From assembly GCA_965112155.1 (NCBI GenBank), contig OZ218103.1: 64,000 nucleotides of DNA, one strand, 5' to 3'. Origin of the DNA: Podarcis liolepis. Its lineage: Eukaryota. This document shows, in pieces, positions 16,351 through 28,300 of this stretch (within the stretch, counting starts at the first letter, position 1; every line of letters begins with the position of its first letter). Below the pieces are notes generated by a model. That model saw only the letters and a list, made by a program, of their open reading frames with translations, did no database searches and was not told where the DNA came from. A program made the position numbers and the translations under genes.

Positions 16351-19300
16351 GAAGAAGCCGGGGGGAGATGGGGGAGGAGGCTAGATGGGGCTGCTGAAAG
16401 AGGGGCAGAGGATGAGGAGATGGGTGGAGCTTGTGTGGGGTGTCTATTCTTAAAGGATTCGTAGGGTGCGAACAACTCCCTTTCCCCAGACGGAGCTTCC
16501 CCAGACGGCATGCCGCAGTTTGAAGGAGGACGGAGGGGCTTCCTCCTTAGTGGCTAGTAGCGAGAGTAACATGCGGTTGTTACTAGGCAAGAAGTGACAT
16601 GACGCCTCTCATTAGCGCCTGTCTCCTGTCTGTGAATCGTTTGGTGCTGGGAGGTGGCAAGACACTTCCGAGAAGCAAAGCTTTCCGTTGTTTAAAAGCT
16701 CTGGCTGCACACTTTGCGCCTCGGGCCCAGGGTGGCCAGATGTCCAGTTGCACGTTCGGTATCTGCACCTTTAAATAGTTATACAAGCTACACTTGATGA
16801 AATTCTCCTTCATAAAAGGTGAAAGAGGGCTGTTCTCTTTTGTATCTGGCCATCTTTCCCGGAGCTCAGGAATGTGTGCAATGTAGACAGCCTTAATCTC
16901 CTAGAGTAAGTTCCTGTGTAAATGAAGGGGGTCCTCATAGGAAGCGCTGAATTGTTACACGTCTGACCTTAAGTCTCCAGAGGCATCAGAATTAAACTCC
17001 CAAGACATAGACAGGCAGGTGGTGCAATAATTTATTTCTAGGGGCCAAAGCGAGGACAGTTGACCAGGGTTTCATACTTTTACCTCTACATCTTTTACGT
17101 GGGAAATGTGCAATCCCATGTATGTTTTGGTAACTTCCTCAGTGTTCAGGTTGGGCTAACTTCCAAGTAAAGTATGCATGCACATAGGATTGCAGCTTGA
17201 AGGGGAGTGGCACAAAGAATCTGAAGTGCTAGCCTCTAGAAATTATGGTTAAAAGATCAAAGGTTGTGTGCGCGCGCAATTGTCGAAACAAAAACTGTTG
17301 TGGCTCTTTTCATGTAAAGAATGCTATGCAACAAGTAAATGGTTTAGATTGCAAGTTTTTGGGAATATTGACCCACTTTCTGCTGCTAAAGTTCCATGTG
17401 AATTGATTGGGCTGTATATCTAATCTGTACTGTTAAAAAGAATGGCTACTAATCTTCTTGGTCTTTAAAAACCAGAAGCATGAGTAAGCAAAACATACTA
17501 TGGTACAGGGTAAGTATATGATTTTTAGTAGGAAAGTAACAGGCAAAATCAAATTATCAAGAGCACCTCCTGATTTCTAGAGTCGCTTAAATGATGTGGA
17601 TGAATGAAGGAATAGTTTTCTCAAGGCACAATTAAGAGGACAAGAGAGCTCAGTATTGTGATGGGATAGAAATGAGGAAAGCATGCAGAATGAAAGATTT
17701 AAAACAATGAACGGTGACATGAACTGGTGTGGCGTGGCATGGCATGGGATTTGGCAGTGATCTGCTACCACCATGCTCAGCTAAGCACATCATATGACAT
17801 GGCAGAAAGAAATTTGATTCTGGATTTATAAAAAGAAACTGGGATAAAAGGAACTGGTTACTTGCCAGAAATTGCCATTAGAGGGGCTTGTGAGAGAAAA
17901 AACGGGATTGAGAGACTGGTTATCCAGACAAGTCCCACCCCCTCCCCACATATTGAAGGGGGTAAACTTGCATTTAAACAGTTTATTTCAGTATAAAATT
18001 TAACACATATTTTAGGTTAAACATCAATATATTCCTGTTAAACTACATCTTAGATGTACATTTTATTTAAATAATCTAAAATTTATATAGTGTTGAAGTG
18101 TTCAAAGTGCTTAACATGCAAGTAATATGTCATTAATCCTTTCAATAATTTTCTAAAGCAGGTTAAATTTGGTTATCATCATACTGCAGATAGGCAGCTG
18201 AGGTTAAACGAGAGAGCAGCTTCTCTTTACCTACATACTAACTTAATAACTGAGGTGAGATTAGAATTAAAGATTTATGGAAGTCCTAAGTAAATAGTGC
18301 AGTGTAGCAGCTTTCTTAGCTACCACTTAGAACTCCCTAAGTAAATTCTGTTGGATTGGGGTTGTCAATGCAGGTTTTTCAGTAGGCTCCAGTAGACTTC
18401 CAGGTAGTCTCTTGCAGTTTGGACTGAGGAATTGGGTTTAAATCAGCTATTATGGGACATTGTTGGCCTCCCCAGTCACCTGATCTTCTGGACTAAAGCT
18501 TGCAGTATTTCTGCTGACCATCTGCAGGAAGGCTCTGTAGAGCAACAGCTCATGGTCAGTAATTCCCTCTGCCTGCAAGCTGACTTGGTTGCACAGGGAA
18601 TGTGGTGCCTGGGCCTAGTTGCTGGAAGCTGTTGGTGGATAACAAGGCACCAATATTATGTCAAGTTAGTTTTACTCAGTTTTCTGTTACTTAAGTTCAT
18701 TGTGTTGGATCCAGATTGCTAAAATTTATTTTCATTGAAAACAATAGGATTTCATTTAGTCATAACTAATCAGGCCCTTTGATTTCATTGGGACCTACGT
18801 TAAACTAGAAGTTAGTTTGAATCCAATGTATTGTCATTCCCATTATATTTGTAACTAGAAAAAATTGCCACCAGGAAGAAAATGAATTATTATTTCTTGC
18901 ACTTATTAGCTATTTTCTACTTTAGACGTTCCAAAGTGATCTGCATTAAAATCACAAAGCAAAATAACAATAAATTCAGTACAATAATATTAACATATCA
19001 AAATCTAGAATAAAAGTCAGATCAAACCACAGAATCAATAAAAACCATTATTTCTTATCTTACTTTATCTTTAATGAATTCAGTGTGACTTACAGAAAAT
19101 TATTAAAATAATAAAACTTCAAATTACAAACCAACAGAAAGATAAGCAATAATAATAATTTATTAATTAATTATACCCTGCCCATCTGGCTGGGTTTCCC
19201 CAGCCATTCTGGGTGGCTTCCAACAGAATATTAAAATACAATAACCTAAATTATTATTAAATTGTCTATACCGCCTTTCACCTGCGGATCACAGGGTGGT

Positions 19301-22300
19301 TTACAATATAAAAACACAAAAATACATACCATAGTAATACCTGCCGACAGTTTAAAAGGTCATAGATAGTTTAATCAACCAAAGGCTAAATAACCCCAGC
19401 ATAAAGAAAAGTGGAATGGCCTTTATTGTAGCAACTTAAAATCAGCAAATGTAAAATCAGTTTATTCAGAGCTTTTTTGAAAAGTTTTTGCTTGAGGCCA
19501 GAAGGTGAGCCTTCCTGGAGTGGTCATTCTATAAGGTTGACTTCATTTCAAGAAGGCACTCCTACACTTCAGTTGGCAGAGGCATACAGAAGTCAGTGTT
19601 AGAAACTGAGATATGAAAACTAGGAGCTAAATGGCACCTAGGTTATGGGCAGAACAATGAAATGTCTTTGCACACCTTTTAATAACAAGAATACAATGCT
19701 GAAAAGGAATGAACTGCAGCTAAAATATTATGTTTATTTTTCACATGGTCTAGTCCTTCCCCTACCCACCCCCTTAATATTCTTGAGATGGTCTCTTCTC
19801 CAGTCTTCAGAGAGTACCTGGAAGTGGGGAGGTAGAAACAGGTCCTACTTTCCTTCTACTTTGCAGTTTTAATCTGAAATCTTAGGCGCAGTACTGCACC
19901 CAGAGCTCAGAAACTGCTCACGCTAAGGAAATTCCCTGTTGCAAAATGTGCATAGAACAAGGGAAGTTTCGAACATTGACAGAAGTAGGACCTCAGATGT
20001 TGAATGGAGTACATGTTCATCCATGTACAAGTGGAGGTGATCCTGGAATCCCAAATTCAGGTAGGTAGCTGTGTTGGTCTGATGCAGTCAAAATAAATTT
20101 AAAAAAATAAAAATTGCCCAGTAGCATCTTAGAGACCAACTAAGTTTGTCCCAAGCCATACAGCAGCATAAAGTTAAGAACCAGTACTTTCAACTGAGCA
20201 CAAAATAAACAGGCAACAATGAACCAGTCTGACTTTTTCAAGAAAAGGATAGTCATTTTAAAAGTACTAATAAGGCAACCAAATACAGGTCATAGCCAAA
20301 CAGAAAAGGGTATTAGACAGTATTTCCACCATTTGGTGGAGAGGTGGGTTTCATATTTAACAAACACATACATATAATCAAAACTATTGTGACCATTATT
20401 CCTTTCTCTTGTTGGGTAATGCTACAATGATTTGGCAGTGAACAATATTCCTTCAAGTGTTTTCATGTCTTATGCATATAGGTCAGCCGTTCTCTAAGAA
20501 ACCTGCCTATTGGTGTGCTATTCTACACAGGTTTAAACCAGTAAAGTTGTATTTCAGTGAGCCAGTAACATTTCTGGCTTCATAACTGTTTATGTGGCTG
20601 CAAACACGTACAGTTGGTTTTGCTGCTCCCTTACCTTTTTGCCCCTCAAATGCTGACATGGCTTGGAGATCCTGGTTTGTTTAAACCTGAGTTGCCTGTT
20701 GGGACACTGGTTTAATGTCCATTTACTGAACAGGATATTAAGTCAGGATTTCCGTTCTGAAGCTGGTGTGTGAGAGGAAGAGGGAGGAGTACTTAGGCTC
20801 TATGTTTGTTCTCAACTTTGTAAGCCATAGATTTATGACTGGGATGGAGAACCTTCAGCCTCCATGCCATGTGGTCCACAGCCTAATTTTATGGGTCCCA
20901 CAGTATTTTAGGATTATCCTTAACCTTCCTTTCACCATTTTTGCCTCTCAGGAATGACCCTCTTCTGTGAGCTTCTTCTTCTGCTTGACTAAGTGTGTGA
21001 GATGGCTACACACACAACCCTAAGGGCTAAAGCAGGAATGGTGGTGGTGGAAGAAGGGCAAGTGAGCTCTCTTGGAAGGTGGCTCATTGTGGCAAAGAGC
21101 AGAACATTCCATTGACTTGTTTTTTATTGCTTTCTCTCCTTGTAAGATAAAGAGCTTTGCAGAGAATGAGACAAACCATGAGGGATGAAAAGTGGGAGTA
21201 GAAACTGCTCTGTGGGAGCGGGAAATAGAAGAAAATTGAATGGCCCAATGCAACAATTGAAGGAGGCTTGGGTCATGTTTAAGCAGATTATGAAGCATGG
21301 GCGTAGCCAGTGGGGCAGCTGCTCCCTCCATCAAGTAAAACAATAGAAATACTTAACTAACAGACCAATCACATCGGTTCTGCCACCCTAACAAAGTTCT
21401 GCCCCCCCCAAAAAAATAAATCCTGGCTATGCCCATCTTATGAATTTATGAATTTATGAGATTCAGAAAAGGACATACTACCATAGTTAGCTATCAACAG
21501 CTTTGGATAAGGGTCTGTCGGGTTCTTGTCTCAACTTGAAAATAGGGGCAGCTTTGAAAGGGTTTGACATAATGAAAGGAAAACAAAGAGGAGGTAAAGG
21601 AGGAAATGTGCCTTAGTAGAAACTGCATCTATGCACCACAGCAACAGGGTTGAGTTTTACATGATCAGCTTTAGGACTGGTCCAAGCTAGGTCAAATGAT
21701 ATTCCCCCCCCCCTTGATATAAATGGGTGGGTTTGAAGAGGTTCCCCGCTTCTAGTTTATGAAGCCAGGAATGTTATGCCTGAATTAGCTCGATGAAGGC
21801 ACAATTCTTAGGCATTTGTGCCTGAAATGGGTAACTAATATCATAACTGAGAGGCTGGCAATGCCTTTGGGGTGGGTCCAAGGTCTGTGTTATCACATTG
21901 TGGGTGGGGGGATGTTGCCATTAAGTGTCATTGATACTTATATATTTTCAAATTGGATTGTTCCTGAGACAACTCAGCACATTACAAAAAAAGTGATAAA
22001 TTCTAATACACCCTAATGCAATCTTATTTTGAGCATTGTAGTGTTGGGAAGAGGAAGTAATCTTCTTAGCACTTAATCGTATGGTGAGATGAAGAATCCT
22101 AACCAAACTGAACTCATTTAAAATGTGTTTTTAAAGTGTGGGATCTTGAGATAACTTTGTTTCCAAATATGCATTTTTCCATAAATAAGTTTAATATAGT
22201 TTATCAATAACACATTTTTGATGACTAACCATCACAATGTTGCTAACACTAACACAGCAATTTTAACAATCCTAACCAGTGGTGTCGGTGGACATGGGGT

Positions 22301-25300
22301 ATTAGACTAGTCCCCCGGGAAGCTTCTGCCCAGTTTAGTGAGGAAGGTGTGATGCTTAGATGGGCCCAAGAGCCTTCCCACCACCTTCCCAAAGCCCACC
22401 GGGCTTTGAAGGAGTAAAATCCATTGAGTATAGTGGTGTTTACATGTGAAGAATTGTTCATAGAATTATGCTGTAAATATGCAGTTGTTGGATCAGGGTA
22501 GAAGGCATGCTGTTCAAAAGATAGTGAATTTGGAACTTTATTGAATTATGAAATGAAAAGTGCTTTTGCCAGGAAACCAATGAAAGTAAGTGTATTCCGA
22601 AAAATGCCAGGAGGATGAGAAGTTGATCAAGTTTCATGGGAACAATAATAGCATCCATCTTTTTTCCTCACAACGAATGAACTATTGTTATCTTATACTT
22701 CAAATAGTATTCTGCATTTTAATGTGTTATCTTTATAGCAATTTTAAATCTTATGATTGGAATCTACAAATTAAATCACATGTTACAATCAGCTTGAGTA
22801 GATACTAGAAAGCAGCAGTATCTACTGTAGAATTGGAGTACAAAATCCAAATGGAAACAGTCTAATTCATAATGCTTCTCATGTAACACATCCTGGACTT
22901 GTCAGCTGAAACTTCATTGGAATTTGTTCTTTGTTGTTTCAGTTCAGTCTCACACATGGTACTGGGGTGTAAGTATTCTTTTCTTGTCAAAAAGTATCCT
23001 TCCCTAATATAGACACTGGAAAACAAAAAGCTTTGGAAATCTCTAGTGAAATGTAAACATTACAAATTTACATTGTTGCAAACATAAGCTATGGTCCACT
23101 TTCAGTCTTTTCAAATTGGTCCTTGCAAATAAGTTCATGCAATCCTAACCATATCTCCTCAGAAACTTCACTGGGGCTTATTCCTAGGTAAGTGGGATTA
23201 GGATTGAAGCCTTAGGGCTGTACCCAATGCTACATGGACACCCTCTTCTCTCTCCATGTGGCCCCAAACATAGAATGCATAGATGATGGCCCTAGGTTTG
23301 GGGGGAAATTGCCAATCTGATTTTGAGACCCTTGAAAGTTGAAGGTTTGAGGCTTTTCCAGAAAGTGACATGTTCCCATTATTATATGATTTTTGAGAAC
23401 CGAAGAACAATTGGAGCTTTTTTGCTTTTTAGCATATTCTGCGGTTTAAATATTACTTCAGAATGAAAAACATGACACAACTCAATTGCTCTTTTTTTTT
23501 AAAAAAAGAGGAAAGCAACTCCTTTACCCGCCCGCTTTTCCATTCTGTGTATATCGTTCATACAAAGACCTGCTTGTTAAGCTGAAGGGAGAGAATCAAA
23601 CTGTATTTTCCTCACTTTCCCCCCTTCCTTTGTTCCTGACAGTTCTTCAGTTGCTTTTCATAATACCAGATACCTGAACTCACAATGGGTTTTAAGAAAA
23701 GAGAACAAAAAGAGTGGTGGTAGAATTGTTAATCAGTGTTATAAGAGAGATCCCAAAATAAATTGATTTCATGACCCTTTTTCTCAGAGTTTAGTAAAAT
23801 TGTTGGGAGGGACTTGGCAGATTGCTTTTACCACTTTCTCAAATGTGCTCTCTTTCTTTCCTATTTCAGTAAGTAGTAGTACGAACTGCAAGAAACAAGC
23901 CGCCTTATTTCTGCTATACCTATGTCATTTGCTATTGAACTTTGCCAGAAGCTCCTCCCCCTCCTTCACTCTTTCTGCCATTTGATCACTTTGCTGACAG
24001 GTCATGGGAGTGAAGTGAGTATTAAGATCCAATTCCTGCTTGTGTTCTCACACAGTCAGTTGAACAGTCGGTTGTATACACAGTAGGATGCCTCTCACAC
24101 TTCCCCTGAAGATTTAGAGAAGTGCTATTTGAATTTTTGTTCTGTGAAGTGTTTCAATTTAGCAGATTCCTCCAGGGAATGATCTATGCAAAATTAAAGT
24201 TTTTAAATAACTCCGGGTGAGATCCAACATCATGGCAGTGGAAGCAACCTGGGACTTCCTCATCCTCTTCTACCTTCTGCATCCGTAATCTGCTCTGGAG
24301 AAGGGGAAGCCCTGTTTGTGCAGGCGAAAGTGTGTTGCGCCAGTGGGACACCACTGTGGAATATCATCATTAACAGTATGCTGAGCACATACTTATTAAT
24401 ATGTATTGCATTTATTGCTTTATACAGAAAGATGGCTCAAAGCAACTTAAAAACCAAATAAATTACAAAAATAGCTAAAAATTGATTTCCAACTATATAA
24501 CAAGCAACATAACGTACTTAACTGTCTGCAGTTCAAATCAGTGAGAAGTTAATGCTTAACTTAACTGGATCATGCCCTTGCTGTTTTCTGAATAATTACT
24601 TAATTAGAGCATTGCTTTCAGAATTTAACTGCTGAGTGGTTTTCACTGAGAAATAGCATATATGTTTAAACTTATATGGAAATTTGAAAATCAGTTTTGC
24701 AACAAGCTTTTCTCACCCCATTGATTTTACCAATTTCAGAACTCTGTTGCATGACCCTCATAGATGAAGAGACATCAGAGGTTTCCCCTTTCATAACCAC
24801 ACTATAGGTTAGGACACAGGATTGTGACAAACCACCTGGCTATAAAGCATTAAGCTTTGATATGTTGGTTAAGAGTTCCTCTGTAGCAGGCTTTTACTGT
24901 AGCCAACAAAATGAGAAAGGCTTCTTACTCCAGCAGGTTTTCTTATGGGCTGAAATCTTCTTTAGCAGTATATGCTCATGGGGGTGAGTAGGAATATACT
25001 AGTGGAAATATTGATGACAGGCCCCTAACAGTTATTGATTCACCATCTTCTGTAAATGGATCTAATTCTTTTTTTAAATTCTCTAACGATCAAGCTTTAG
25101 TTTAGAAATACTGCATGGTAGCATTTCCTGGATTATGTCAGTTCAGAATGCATATTTGAATGCTTCTGTAAGTAAAACATATGCTTGCTGCAAAGAGAAC
25201 AAATAAGTCAATGAGAAGGCTAGGCTGGAGTCCTTCTCCCCATGACAGCCTTTTATGTGAAGCAAGTTTTAACATAGGAGAGAATTCAAACAAATGAGCT

Positions 25301-28300
25301 GCTATGCAACTTGGGACCTTTATATAATTCAATCTTTATACCTGCATGGTTGGCTTCTTCCTCATGCACCCCTGACCTCACATTAGTCAACATTTTTTAG
25401 AAGGGGGAATGCTATTAACTCTGGTTTTATTTTAGGGTAGGATAGTGGTAGTGTAGTGTAGTTTAGTGTAGTGTAGTGTACTAGTCCAAAATAGAATTTT
25501 TCTTTTACCAGTTGGATCTTAAATGTAGTTGGAAAATGTTGAAAAATGTTGTGGACAGCATTTTGAAAATCAACTGAGTAGGCCACGTAACATTTAACCA
25601 TTATTTAGTAATTTGTGCATGAGCCTCTTTGAGCTCAAGTTCCCTTTCTTCTTCCTGCATGGGCAGGAAGACTTTTGCTGAGTTAATTTTCATTTTCAAA
25701 GAGTCTTGATTTAGTGTTGCATACCAACTGGGGATCCTCCTTTACAACAAGTAATGGCTAGTTGCAACCAGAGAACCAGACCATAGTTTTAACTGGATCA
25801 TATGTGTCAGCATGCCCATTGATACACCAGAAACTGATACTCAAGAAGATTGATGAGGCAATTTATTTTGCTTTAGAAGTCATGCTGAGCATTCCATAGT
25901 AAGTCTTGTATGATAATTTGACGGCCTTACAGGCCTAAATGCTTTCTGTGAATTTACCTAGAACGAGATTTAGGTTGACAAATTTGTGATCTTTGTTTAA
26001 ATAACACAATTTTCATATTTAACAACAACTCCCAAGTGAATACCATGAGGCTTAGTGAGTTGTTACTTCTGATTCTTTTTCATTAGTTTCAAAACTACAT
26101 CCTGTGCACTACATTGAAAAAGAAGTTTGCTGTATGTATCATATGACCATTTCTGCAGGGATAATGATGCAATGAATTCATTCAGTTTTTCTTCTGTTCT
26201 ATGCATTCTTCAGCATTCCTATTTTTTGGTCATTTAGTTGTTTAACTGCTTCTGACTGATTTCTGCTTCTGCTTTCCTTATACTGTGTTCTCACAAAAAT
26301 GTGTACCAGACAGTTGTATATAGACTAGCTATTCTCTCATGCTACCCTTTTCTCTGCAGGATCCCATAGCAAAGTAATTAATTATACATAGGTGAACATC
26401 CTGTGCGCAATTTGTTTCATATAAATCAGTGTAGAATTGTATTGTATTTTGCCTTAGATAATGTTATTCAGTTACATAGTCTTACAAGTGATTTTTTAAG
26501 TGTTGGGAATCTTGGAGATCTTGGAGACACTTTGACTTAGTAAGGCTTGTACTCATTTCATAAAGTTATCCGTGATAATCCAATTATTTATTGACTTTGT
26601 GCTAGTGCGCATTCTGAAGAGGTGGTGACAGGCACTCTAGCTGAATGATAAGTCTGAAAATTTTTATCAAGCTTACCTAAAACCAAAACATAAATCATGA
26701 AGCAAGAGCTGACAACTGGGCAAGATAAATAACTCAAGAAAGAGAGGTAAAAGGTAAAGGTAAAGGGACCCCTGACCATTAGGTCCGGTTGCAGACGACA
26801 CTGGGGTTGCAGCGCTCATCTCGCTTTACTGGCTGAGGGAGCCGGCGTTTGTCCACAGACAGCTTCCGGGTCATGTGGCCAGCATGACAAAAGCCACTTC
26901 TGGCGAACCAGAGCAGTGCACGGAAACGCCGTTTACCTTCCCACTATAGTAGACCTATTTATCTACTTGCACTTTGACGTGCTTTCAAACTGCTAGGTTG
27001 GGAGGAGCTGGGACCGAGCAACGGGAGCTCACCCCGTTGCGGGGACAAATGCAAGTGTCTATATTGTGGATTATGGACATGGCTATCAAATTGTGGTGGT
27101 GGGACGCGGGTGGCGCTGTGGGTTAAACCACAGAGCCTAGGACTTGTTGATCAGAAGGTTGGCAGTTCGAATCCCCGCAACAGGGTGAGCTCCCGTTGCT
27201 CGGTCCCTGCTCCTGCCAACCTAGCAGTTCAAAAGCATGTCAAAGTGCAAGTAGATAAATAGGTACCGCTGCAGCGGGAAGGTAAATGGCATTTCCATTT
27301 GCTGCTCTGGTTCGCCAGAAGCGGCTTAGTCATGCTGGCCACATGACCCGGAAGCTGTACACCGGCTCCCTCGGCCAATAAAGCGAGATGAGCGCCGCAA
27401 CCCCAGAGTCGGTCATGACTGGACCTAATGGTCAGGGGTCCCTTTAGCTTTATCAAATTGTTGTAGACGTTGAGACTATCTTTTCTTTCGTAGGGTTGCT
27501 ACTGAATTATCTCAATTGGAATTTGAAATAGATTGGGAGTTCTGTTGTTATGAGGGTTCAAATCAGTGTTGCCAAGAGGGTAGGGAATGGATAGAATTCT
27601 ACAGGATGTGGTATTAGTGTGTAAAAACAGTCCAGATCCAATGATCCTCAGATGGTGGAGAAGTTAGGCCCAGGCATCTTCACTTGGTCGCAAGTGGTTG
27701 ATAGCCAGGTGCAAAATGCGCCTGGCACCTAGCTAATTTCCAGTCCTGGATGGGAGCAGAATGAAATATGTGACAGATAAAAAATGAGATGGTTAGTATA
27801 TATGATGCAAGCCTGATGTAAGCATATCAGCCTTGAGTACCTGAAGAATTCATAAGGCATTCTTATCTACTGCTTGGGGGAGCCAATATGTAGAAATACA
27901 GTGCTCCAGTAGTAAGAACTGAATCCTGTTGTGCTATATTTGGGACTTGTGCAGCTCTTTCTGAAGCTGGGAAATGGTGCTACAAGGGGGTGGTTCAAGT
28001 ATGTGCTCTACTGGCATAACCCTTCATCCTGAAGTATGATGTTGGTTTGTAAACAGTTTAGATAGTAAGTGGGGCAGTGCTACATCACTGTGCTTAGTTT
28101 GAGATACTGCCTTAGGTAAAGTAGAACAACCCTAAACCAGGCTATGTGGCATACAGATGGTTTTGTTACAGATCCTGATTTATGGTCTAGAATGTGGAAA
28201 AATAACAAAATTTAAATGTTATCCCTTCAGGACTTGAAAATAATGCGAATTCATTGGTGCCAGCATAAAGTTGTTAGGGCTATCCTGCCCTTTTTGAGAA

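Noticed and set aside
27101-27180. tRNA gene (also 62475-62545)
   Set aside because: The A/B boxes belong to SINE heads that continue into SINE bodies and tails; no intact cloverleaf.
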